DNA from: a virus
Lineage: Duplodnaviria > Caudoviricetes
Virus record (IMG/VR): IMGVR_UViG_3300025018_000001
Strand: one strand, 5' to 3'
Length of the DNA stretch: 64,000 bases
Positions 43,598 to 51,796 of the stretch are shown piece after piece; within the stretch, counting starts at the first letter, position 1, and each line of letters starts with the position of its first letter. Position numbers and translations under genes: made by a program. The notes beneath the pieces are model-generated. The model worked only from the letters and a program-made list of their open reading frames with translations, did not search any database and was not told the DNA's origin.

Positions 43598-43622
43598 CTA
43601 CTTTTACCTACATACAGGAGTA

Positions 43623-43808
43623 ATGATGGAGAAAAATGAAACTGTTTGTGTAATAACCACTGTAAATATGTGTGCTAAATGCCCAAACTTTGTTGATAAT
43701 TATGGTTGGGATAACGATTGGTGTAAGCATAAAGACGCTTCATGTATGTGGATTTATGATGCTAGTATAATTGATCCAAATTGTCCTATTAGGAAAAAAA
43801 AATGTTGA
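43623..43808 (+). CDS. Small Cys-rich protein
   Basis: AGGAG SD; C-x-x-CP...C...CP. Confidence 0.6.
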   Translation: MMEKNETVCVITTVNMCAKCPNFVDNYGWDNDWCKHKDASCMWIYDASIIDPNCPIRKKKC

Positions 43809-44017
43809 ACAAACTGAGACGTAATTCATTAGGCATAGCTCTTAGGAGTAATCAACCGGAGTTAGTTGGTCGTTTATTAGTGGTTATTGACAATCTAAAA
43901 GATAATTGGTTAAGAGTACGTCTAATGCAACTTGGAAGTCATTGTAATGTAGACTGGGCTAAAGATGATTTTGTGATACCTAGAGAACATTTTTTATTTA
44001 TAAACAAAAGGTTATGA
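43802..44017 (+). CDS. Hypothetical protein (71 aa)
   Basis: Coupled ORF. Confidence 0.55.
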   Translation: MLNKLRRNSLGIALRSNQPELVGRLLVVIDNLKDNWLRVRLMQLGSHCNVDWAKDDFVIPREHFLFINKRL

Positions 44018-44018
44018 T

Positions 44019-44189
44019 ATGAAAGTCAAGGATGCAAAAGCATTATTAGATACCTTCGATGATGAAGCTGAATTAGTATTACTAGGAGAAGACTCAACAA
44101 CCTATGATATTAAAAACTGCGACACTGCTAAAGACTCCAAACTGGTTTGGTTTGAAATAAAAGAAACCGGAATGTGTGATGGCTGTTAA
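44019..44189 (+). CDS. Small hypothetical protein (56 aa, not in ORF track)
   Basis: ATG at 44019 just after the upstream stop; MKVKDAKALLDTFDDEAE. Confidence 0.55.
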   Translation: MKVKDAKALLDTFDDEAELVLLGEDSTTYDIKNCDTAKDSKLVWFEIKETGMCDGC

Positions 44190-44240
44190 GTAAATATTAA
44201 TGTAACTAGTAATTTTATAACTCGTATTAACGTATTATTA

Positions 44241-44341
44241 TAGTATGAGTTAGCGCAACTTAGACCAGTGAATTGAGATACGGCGTTCAGCAGTAACTGG
44301 TTACTTCAATGTAGATACGCCGTTGGTCCTAACTTGTACTA
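44241..44341 (+). ncRNA. Distal Y-RNA-like candidate upstream of nadM
   Basis: 13-bp closing stem, GACCA/TGGTC, CGGCGT/ACGCCG; contains GTGAA and TGGTTACTTC motifs. Confidence 0.5.
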
Positions 44342-44342
44342 T

Positions 44343-44391
44343 AGTAGTATAATTATTACTAATCCTTAGATGCTATGATGCGATAGGAGAA
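44343..44391 (+). promoter_or_regulatory. NAD-gene leader motif, copy 1
   Basis: AGTAGTATAAT..AATCCTTAGATGCTATGATGCGATAGGAGAA, shared with 45776-45818. Confidence 0.65.
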
Positions 44392-44396
44392 GTGAA

Positions 44397-45290
44397 ATGA
44401 AAGAACAATCCGCAAATGTAGGCGTTGTAATTGGTCGTTTCCACGTAGACGATCTCCACGAAGGTCACCTAAATCTACTTTCTACAGTAGAGAACTCACA
44501 CAGTAGACTTATTATTTTTGTAGGTCTATCTCACAACAAATGTACTTATAATAACCCTTTAGATTTTGAATCAAGGCGGTCTATGTTACAAGCACATTAT
44601 CCAAAAGCAACTATTCTTTATATTAGAGACGTACATGACGATGTGATCTGGTCCAAAGATCTCGATAATAAAATATTGAACTTAATAGGGCCTAATCAAA
44701 CCGTATGTCTTTATGGTAGTAGGGATTCTTTTATTCCGTATTATCATGGAAAATTTCCAGTTAAAGAACTTGTACAAGAAACTTATTTCTCAGGCACCGA
44801 AGTACGCAAACAAGTAGCTATTAGATCCAATTCTACTAGAGACTTTAGAGCAGGTGCTATATGGGCGTTAGGTAATCAGTATGCATCCCCTAATTTTACT
44901 ATTGATGTTGCTATATTCAATGATGATTTTACTCGTGTCCTTCTCGGTCGCAAAATAAGAGAATCAAAATATAGATTCATTGGCGGCTTTATTCAAAACT
45001 CAGAGAAGATATCTGATGCCGTTGCAAGGGAAGCGTTGGAAGAAACTCATCTCGTACTTAATAATATTACTTACATTGATAGTTTCCCGTCTACTGACTG
45101 GCGTTACAAAGGTGAAAGAGATAAGATTACTACTATACTCCATACTGCTACAATTAAATCAGGCACACCTGAACCAGATGATGATATACATGAGCTTCGT
45201 TGGTTTGACTTCAACGGTGAAGTAATGGAACATCTCGTCCCAGAGCATCTTGAAATGATGAATCAGTTGTTACTCAAATCACGGAGTTAA
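44397..45290 (+). CDS. nadM: Bifunctional NMN adenylyltransferase / Nudix ADP-ribose pyrophosphatase
   Basis: IGRFH-x-x-x-LHEGH, NPL-x-F, Nudix box GG-x5-E-x7-REALEET. Confidence 0.92.
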   Translation: MKEQSANVGVVIGRFHVDDLHEGHLNLLSTVENSHSRLIIFVGLSHNKCTYNNPLDFESRRSMLQAHYPKATILYIRDVHDDVIWSKDLDNKILNLIGPNQTVCLYGSRDSFIPYYHGKFPVKELVQETYFSGTEVRKQVAIRSNSTRDFRAGAIWALGNQYASPNFTIDVAIFNDDFTRVLLGRKIRESKYRFIGGFIQNSEKISDAVAREALEETHLVLNNITYIDSFPSTDWRYKGERDKITTILHTATIKSGTPEPDDDIHELRWFDFNGEVMEHLVPEHLEMMNQLLLKSRS

Positions 45291-45298
45291 TTATAATA

Positions 45299-45496
45299 AT
45301 GATAAGAAAAACTGTATGCTTACCTATAAAAGTACCAGAAGGTAAGTACTGTTGGGAATATAACGTAGCTGGTACCTGTGATTACCATGATAATGAAGGT
45401 GGTACATCTGTATGTACATTACACTTTGATGTTAAAGAAACAAAGAAAGGCGTTATTAAGGACCCACTTTGCGCCTCATTAACATTGGTGAAATGA
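45299..45496 (+). CDS. Small Cys-containing protein
   Basis: ORF only. Confidence 0.55.
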   Translation: MIRKTVCLPIKVPEGKYCWEYNVAGTCDYHDNEGGTSVCTLHFDVKETKKGVIKDPLCASLTLVK

Positions 45497-45559
45497 CTGG
45501 CAAAAGACATATATGGTCATGAAATAACAGCAGATAGTGCCACAGAACTTGAAGGGCTT

Positions 45560-45772
45560 ATGTGTTGGAATAATCATAGGGTATTCAGCCTTATAAAAGA
45601 TAGACATGGTGTATTCTGGTCTGGATGGGATATAAACAGACATTATCCACACACATGGGAGCATCATGCTGACAATCTTGGTAGCGACCCTGAAGAAGCT
45701 AAAAGGTTACACAAAATAGAAACAGATAGAATACGAGCTAAGATTGATGAAGATCCATCAAGATGCTGGTAA
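45560..45772 (+). CDS. Hypothetical protein (70 aa)
   Basis: ORF only. Confidence 0.5.
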   Translation: MCWNNHRVFSLIKDRHGVFWSGWDINRHYPHTWEHHADNLGSDPEEAKRLHKIETDRIRAKIDEDPSRCW

Positions 45773-45775
45773 TAG

Positions 45776-45818
45776 AGTAGTATAATATAAATCCTAGATG
45801 CGTTGATGCAAGGGAGAA
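45776..45818 (+). promoter_or_regulatory. NAD-gene leader motif, copy 2
   Basis: AGTAGTATAAT..AATCCTAGATGCGTTGATGCAAGGGAGAA. Confidence 0.65.
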
Positions 45819-45823
45819 ACAAC

Positions 45824-47170
45824 ATGAAAAGAAGAAGCTTAGTATTTAAAACGGATTCCTATAAATCAAGTCACTGGTTACAGTTCCCTGAGAATAGAGG
45901 AAGTTACTACTACATAGAATCACGTGGTGGTGCAGAAGAAGTACTCTTCTTTGGTCTACAAGCAGTCATCAAAAGAATACTTTCAAAAATGCCTACAAAG
46001 AAAGAAGTTAAAAAAGCTGCTAAATTCTGGGCAAACCACGGAGTTGCTTTCAATAAGAAAGGTTGGATGAAACTTGTTAAACTTGGTTATTATCCGATTG
46101 AAATTCACGCTGTGGAAGAAGGTAAATTAATAAAAACAAAAGAAGTACAAGTAACAATTGAGTCTACTGATGACCGATTTGGTTGGCTTCCTGGTTGGAT
46201 TGAGACGACGTTGCTCCAGCTATGGTATCCTACTACAGTTGCGACGAAGCAATTCGAGTGTAAGAAAGTTATACTTGAGTACTTAAAGAAAACTGGTACC
46301 CCTGAAGATGCACCATTCAAACTACACTCATTTGGTTATAGAGGTGTTAGTTCTGAGGAGTCTGCTGGCATAGGTGGATCTGCTGAGTTACTTACATCCA
46401 TGGGTACTGACACTGTTGCTGGTATACTTGAAGCACAAGACATGTACAATACTAACGCTATGCTTGGCTTTAGTATAAATGCAGCGGAACACAGTACTAT
46501 TACTGCCTGGGGAAGAGAGTTTGAGCGTGATGCATACGAGAATATGCTCAATCAATTTCTTAAGCCTGGGGCTATTGTAGCAGTTGTGTCTGATAGCTAT
46601 GACCTAAGTAATGCTGTACTGAAGTATTGGGGTGGTGAGTTTAAAGAACGTATAATTCAATCAGGTGGTACATTGGTAGTGCGGCCTGATTCCGGTGAGC
46701 CATCTGAGATAGTACTTAGAACTCTTGAACAACTTGGCGAATGCTTTGGTACTGAAGTAAATGCTAAAGGATATAAAGTTCTTCCAAGTTACGTAAGAGT
46801 GATCCAAGGCGATGGCCTTAATGGTGCTGACGATATACGTAAAGTATTAGAAGTTATAACAGAGGCCGGTTGGTCCGCTGACAACGTAGCATTTGGTATG
46901 GGTGGTGGATCATTACAACAAGTCAACCGTGACACCTACAAATATGCTATGAAGATGTCTGCCATTTTCAAAAAGAACAAGGATGGCCAATTTGCTTGGT
47001 CTGATGTATTTAAAGAACCTGCTGATGCACCGTGGAAAAATAGTAAGAAAGGTAGATTTGATAAATTAAATCTACCACTTATTTGGAAAGATGGTAAGTT
47101 TTTTAAACAGTACACATTTGAAGAAGTGCGTGCTAACGCAATGGGTGAGCTTGAACGTAAGACAAGTTAA
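45824..47170 (+). CDS. nadV: Nicotinamide phosphoribosyltransferase (NAMPT)
   Basis: KTDSYKSSH, FFGLQ, FGYRG, AAEHS, VSDSYD, VRPDSG, IQGDG, FGMGG. Confidence 0.93.
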   Translation: MKRRSLVFKTDSYKSSHWLQFPENRGSYYYIESRGGAEEVLFFGLQAVIKRILSKMPTKKEVKKAAKFWANHGVAFNKKGWMKLVKLGYYPIEIHAVEEGKLIKTKEVQVTIESTDDRFGWLPGWIETTLLQLWYPTTVATKQFECKKVILEYLKKTGTPEDAPFKLHSFGYRGVSSEESAGIGGSAELLTSMGTDTVAGILEAQDMYNTNAMLGFSINAAEHSTITAWGREFERDAYENMLNQFLKPGAIVAVVSDSYDLSNAVLKYWGGEFKERIIQSGGTLVVRPDSGEPSEIVLRTLEQLGECFGTEVNAKGYKVLPSYVRVIQGDGLNGADDIRKVLEVITEAGWSADNVAFGMGGGSLQQVNRDTYKYAMKMSAIFKKNKDGQFAWSDVFKEPADAPWKNSKKGRFDKLNLPLIWKDGKFFKQYTFEEVRANAMGELERKTS

Positions 47171-47319
47171 CTCAGAGGGTGCAGAAGGACTATAGTAACT
47201 GACAAGATTATATGAATTCGAGTGCCTGATGGTGTTGCCGTGGAGGTTATGTATTATGGGAGTCTGTCAAACTCTTTAACTGAGGATAACGGTAACACCA
47301 CATTTTTTAAGGAGACTAT

Positions 47320-47526
47320 ATGGGATTTGCAACATTGCCAGAAAAGAAAAAGATAAAACCACGATATAAGAATACGCTTGTATGTCAAGAGTGTGGTACT
47401 GAATTTGGAGCCAACGTTACGTTTGTGCGAGGTATATCAGAGATACGTGGAACAGACTTTGAAAGATTTACACCACTAACTAAGATAGAAAAAGGCACAT
47501 GTCCCATGTGTAGTAATAATGTATAA
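47320..47526 (+). CDS. Zn-ribbon small protein
   Basis: CQECG...CPMC; AAGGAG SD. Confidence 0.6.
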   Translation: MGFATLPEKKKIKPRYKNTLVCQECGTEFGANVTFVRGISEIRGTDFERFTPLTKIEKGTCPMCSNNV

Positions 47527-47716
47527 GCGTAGCGGTGGGACTACAGACATAGAAGTAGTAAATCATATTGACTATATTGTTGTTGAGCCAAAAGTTAACC
47601 CTAAAAAGAAAATAAAAACATCTATGTATAAAGAGTCTAAAATAGCCCGTCACACAACAGTTGGTGGAAAGGGTATCGTAGGTAGGATATACAATAAAAA
47701 AGGTAAGAAGCTATGA
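47519..47716 (+). CDS. Small basic protein
   Basis: Coupled ORF. Confidence 0.5.
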   Translation: MYKRSGGTTDIEVVNHIDYIVVEPKVNPKKKIKTSMYKESKIARHTTVGGKGIVGRIYNKKGKKL

Positions 47717-48162
47717 TGCAGACATTAAATTGTGATATACTACACGGCTTAAAAGCAGACCAAAAAACAGTTATACTGCACGGTTGTAATTGTTTTAATA
47801 CGATGGGTGCAGGTATTGCAAAGTATTTACGTGGTAAATTTCCAAACGTATATGCAGTAGATTGTGCAACAAAGCGTGGCGACAAGAATAAATTAGGCAC
47901 ATGTAGTAGGGCAGTAATAAGTCATAACTTACATATTCTAAATTGTTATACTCAGTACAACTACGGAAGAGAGAAGAAGCTATATGCAAATTATATAGCT
48001 ATTGATGAATGTTTTAAAAGAATTGCTGCTGATTATGACACTACTTGGGAAATACGTATGCCTAGAATAGGTTGTGGCCTTGCCGGTGGTGATTGGGAAG
48101 TAATTGGTGCTTTGGTTGTTAATAATTTTAATAAGCATAACACAAACATATATTTTAAATAG
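47713..48162 (+). CDS. Macrodomain protein (ADP-ribose binding/hydrolase)
   Basis: HGCNC-x-x-TMGAGIA, MPRIGCGLAGGDW. Confidence 0.9.
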   Translation: MMQTLNCDILHGLKADQKTVILHGCNCFNTMGAGIAKYLRGKFPNVYAVDCATKRGDKNKLGTCSRAVISHNLHILNCYTQYNYGREKKLYANYIAIDECFKRIAADYDTTWEIRMPRIGCGLAGGDWEVIGALVVNNFNKHNTNIYFK

Positions 48163-48170
48163 GACTTAAC

Positions 48171-48983
48171 ATGTTGACAGAAATTAAAAAGAAAGAATTT
48201 GCTAATGGTTGTGTATATCTTTATGAGACTAAAGATAATTACCCCTTAGAAGTTACAGATACATTTTTACCAGCTTATACAAAAGATTCTATAGGTACTC
48301 ATCAAAATTTCCTTAAGGATGGTAACCTTGGTAGTAGAGATGAACGTTGGATGATTGGTGTATCAACTATGTCAGGATGTCCAGTAGGATGTAGATTTTG
48401 CGCAACAGCTAGTATGAAAAGATGTAGGAATCTTAAATCCCCTGAGATAGTAGCGCAAGTAGTTGAAATGGTGGCAAAACAAAAGAAAGAGTTAGTTGAA
48501 GGTTTGGTACTTGGTAAACGTGAAGGAGAGTTTAAAATAAACTACACACGTATGGGCGAACCATTTCTAAATATAGATGAAGTTAAAGCTGCTATTAAAG
48601 CAATTGATACTATACTTGCTGGTACTAAAGTACATCATTACATTTCCACTATTGGTGTAAAAGGCGCCGATTATTCATGGATTAAAGATAATATTACCTT
48701 ACAATTCTCTGTACATTCTTTTAATGAAGAGTACCGTGACTGGTTAATTCCTTTCAAGAACAAAATATCTTTGGAAGAAATGGGAAAGGTCAGGACAGGA
48801 AGTAAACTAAAAACAACTATCAACCTTACTCTAGCTAGAGCACGCGATTTTGATATTGATGCTTTGAAAAAGTATTTTGACCCTGAATATTTTTTTATTA
48901 AGATAAGCCCTATCAATGAAAATGATGTGTCAAAAAGTAATCAAATGGGTAGCGGGATTATTGGTCAGCATAATATAGTTTAA
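48171..48983 (+). CDS. RlmN/Cfr-like radical SAM protein
   Basis: S-x-x-SGCPVGCRFCAT, RMGEPFLN, ISTIG, LQFSVH. Confidence 0.8.
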   Translation: MLTEIKKKEFANGCVYLYETKDNYPLEVTDTFLPAYTKDSIGTHQNFLKDGNLGSRDERWMIGVSTMSGCPVGCRFCATASMKRCRNLKSPEIVAQVVEMVAKQKKELVEGLVLGKREGEFKINYTRMGEPFLNIDEVKAAIKAIDTILAGTKVHHYISTIGVKGADYSWIKDNITLQFSVHSFNEEYRDWLIPFKNKISLEEMGKVRTGSKLKTTINLTLARARDFDIDALKKYFDPEYFFIKISPINENDVSKSNQMGSGIIGQHNIV

Positions 48984-48988
48984 TATTA

Positions 48989-49294
48989 TTGGAGGGTACA
49001 TGTATGGCAATAGATCTTAAATCAGAAGTAGCCTTATTAAAAAAGTTAAAGAAAAGATTTTCGAGCAACGACTTATATTTTATGTCAATACAAGACATGT
49101 ATGAGGAGGGCTTGATTACACAAAAAGCTTTTAGATCAATTACTAATTGGTTAGCTAATATAGGTCAACCTAAAACAAGTGTAAGTATAAAAAGTAATGT
49201 AGGTCGAAATAGGGTAATACCTAGAAAAGAAATTGTACAAGAAGTTGACCCATGTAGTCATGGTGGAGGAAGCTTTAGAAATACATCATGTTAA
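48989..49294 (+). CDS. Hypothetical protein
   Basis: ORF. Confidence 0.55.
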   Translation: MEGTCMAIDLKSEVALLKKLKKRFSSNDLYFMSIQDMYEEGLITQKAFRSITNWLANIGQPKTSVSIKSNVGRNRVIPRKEIVQEVDPCSHGGGSFRNTSC

Positions 49295-50174
49295 ATACAA
49301 CGTTTACAAATAAGTTACAGTTTAGAAAAAAGAGTTGTAGTTTAAATGAAAAAAATGGTATTGATATACCTCACAATTACGTTAATATTTATGTAAAAAT
49401 TACAAGTAATTGTAATGCTAAATGTAACTTTTGTGTATATCGTAACAAAACACATAATACAAAGGAACAGTTTGACTTTATTAAGTTTGAAAACATGTTA
49501 TTGTTATTAGAAGCAGAAGACATACACATACATAAAGTGTCTTTTACGGGTGGTGAACCTTCAATGTATTGTAATAGGCTTGCAAAATGTTTAAACAGTA
49601 TAGCAAAGTTAAAATACAAACCATTTATTGTAGTAAATTCTAACGGATTTAGACTTAATTTGTTACAGCAATTCAAAGAGATTGACAGTATATCCCTTTC
49701 AAGGCATACACTAACTGACATAAGTAACTGTAGTGTATTTGGTACATTATCTGTTGCAAAAATCGCAGATATGAAACAAAATGTTAGTAACAAGATACAC
49801 TTGACCTGTAATCTAATAAAAGGACGTGTTGACTCAGAAAAAACTATAATTGATTACTTAGAAAAAGCGGCATCTCTTGGTATATATATGATGTTGGTTT
49901 TGTTAGTCTTATGAAGGTAAATGATTTTTGTACTAAACACCACGTAGATTTCAACGATATAGAATTTAAAGATCCATCCATAGTATGTAATAAGGAATGG
50001 ACTTATTCCGATATATGTAGGTGTAAAAATTTTATATACTTACCTGAGGAAGGAACTAAAGTAGTTAAATTTTACTCGCGCTACAGGTGTAGGAATGACG
50101 CAGAAGCTGAGAGTAACTACGTCTTTGATGATGGATACTTAAAAGATAATTTTAGTGGTAAAATAATTTACTGA
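49288..50174 (+). pseudogene. Radical SAM protein split by a +2 frameshift in a TA run (ORFs 49288-49914 and 49911-50174)
   Basis: CNAKCNFC, FTGGEP, NSNG; removing one AT at 49881-49889 gives ...GIYDVGFVSLMKVNDFC... in one frame. Confidence 0.7.
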
Positions 50175-50184
50175 GGAGGCTATT

Positions 50185-50382
50185 ATGGCAGAAGAAATAA
50201 GAAGACAAACTACTGATGGTAGGATGGTTACCAAAGAAGAATACATTAAAGAAGTTAAAGAAGCACTTATAAAAATTCAACTAGCTGAAGCTGGTTATGA
50301 CTATGCTATAGCTGTTGCTACGGATGCTGAGGTTAAAGCTGGTGCAGCTTGTGGACAATTAGCTATCATTAATGAGAGTTAA
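50185..50382 (+). CDS. Hypothetical protein (65 aa)
   Basis: GAGGAGG SD. Confidence 0.65.
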   Translation: MAEEIRRQTTDGRMVTKEEYIKEVKEALIKIQLAEAGYDYAIAVATDAEVKAGAACGQLAIINES

Positions 50383-50707
50383 TATGAAAAAAGTTTATAT
50401 ATCTTCTAAATACAGCGAAGGTGACAAAGATACTAATGTACAAGCACAAGTAACAGCTGGAAACTTACTAATAGATCGAGGTTTTAATCCCTTTGTACCA
50501 CTTTTGACACATTATTTAGATAAAGACCAGCCAAGACCTTATAATTACTGGCTAGGTGCCTTGATTGAGTGGTTAAAATTGTGTGATTGTTTATTAAGAC
50601 TTGAAGGAGCAAGCCCAGGAGCTGATATAGAAGTAATGATGGCAAAGCGTTTAGGTATACCAGTCTTCTATTCTATTGAAGAACTACTTAGCCATTATAA
50701 AAAGTAA
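50372..50707 (+). CDS. DUF4406 / nucleoside deoxyribosyltransferase-like protein
   Basis: VYISS-x-Y, GFNPFVP, CD-x-LL-x-L-x-G-x-S-x-GA-x-x-E. Confidence 0.7.
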   Translation: MRVNMKKVYISSKYSEGDKDTNVQAQVTAGNLLIDRGFNPFVPLLTHYLDKDQPRPYNYWLGALIEWLKLCDCLLRLEGASPGADIEVMMAKRLGIPVFYSIEELLSHYKK

Positions 50708-50718
50708 AGGAGGAGGCC

Positions 50719-51342
50719 ATGTTTAAATACCCAAGGACGTATCATTTACCATGGTCTCCTGGCGTAACAAAAGATGATAAGATAATAAAATCTACAGAGC
50801 ACTTTGTAGGTAAAAGAGTAATAGTAACAGAAAAATTAGATGGTGAATGTACTACAATTAAAAGAGGTCGTATACATGCACGCTCTATGGATTCTAAAGA
50901 TCATATATCAAGACACTGGATTAAAAATCAGTATGGTTATTTAACTAACGTTTTGAATACTGCTACTAGGGTATGTGGTGAGAATGTATTTGCTGAACAT
51001 TCTATTGCTTATCAAAATCTTATCAGTTTTTTTTACGCCTTCTCAGTATGGAATTTTTCAACTTGTTTATCATGGGATACTACACTTGAAGAATTAAAAT
51101 TTTTAAACATAGCACATGTACCAGTTATATATGATGGTATTTGGGACGAAGACCTTATAAAAAATATACCTGTTACCCCTACTGAAAAAGGTGATATGGA
51201 GGGGTATGTTGTAAGAATGGCTAGTTCTTTTGATATAATAGATTTTGACTATAATATTGCTAAGTATGTTAGAGCCGGGCATGTACAAACAGATGAGCAC
51301 TGGTTAAGTAAACCTGTTGTAAAAAATAAATTAAAGATATAA
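50719..51342 (+). CDS. ATP-dependent RNA ligase (Rnl2-like, short)
   Basis: KYPRTYHLPWSPG, TEKLDG, CGEN, EGYVVR, AKYVR-x-x-HVQTD-x-HW. Confidence 0.88.
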   Translation: MFKYPRTYHLPWSPGVTKDDKIIKSTEHFVGKRVIVTEKLDGECTTIKRGRIHARSMDSKDHISRHWIKNQYGYLTNVLNTATRVCGENVFAEHSIAYQNLISFFYAFSVWNFSTCLSWDTTLEELKFLNIAHVPVIYDGIWDEDLIKNIPVTPTEKGDMEGYVVRMASSFDIIDFDYNIAKYVRAGHVQTDEHWLSKPVVKNKLKI

Positions 51343-51353
51343 AGGAATTTAAT

Positions 51354-51788
51354 ATGTCAGATATACCAGCTGGTTACCAGCTTCGGGTCACTACGTGGGA
51401 AAATGATGGTGACCACTATAGTACAGAAATAACCTCTGGGTTAACTAAGGAAGACACAAGGTTTCTTATTTCTATTGCAGAACAGTTTAGTAAAAAAGGT
51501 AAATATGGGAATGACTTCATAAAAGACACTGATTTAATTGAAGTTATATCAAATGCTTTAGAAAGTAGCTCAGGTATAACATTACTAATGCGAGCTGATT
51601 GGCAAGAAGCTTTACAAAATAGTATTGATGAGGGTGATGGTGCTTATTATTTACATGAAATACTAAGTGATACTTTACTAAGCTGCCCTCAAGAGGACTA
51701 TGGTTCTGGGTTCTGTAGAAATGTGGAAACAATAGAAGTTTATTATATACCTGAAGATATTACTGAGGTAACAAAAGAATTTATTTAA
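51354..51788 (+). CDS. Hypothetical protein (144 aa)
   Basis: AAGGA SD. Confidence 0.7.
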   Translation: MSDIPAGYQLRVTTWENDGDHYSTEITSGLTKEDTRFLISIAEQFSKKGKYGNDFIKDTDLIEVISNALESSSGITLLMRADWQEALQNSIDEGDGAYYLHEILSDTLLSCPQEDYGSGFCRNVETIEVYYIPEDITEVTKEFI

Positions 51789-51796
51789 AGGAGTTA

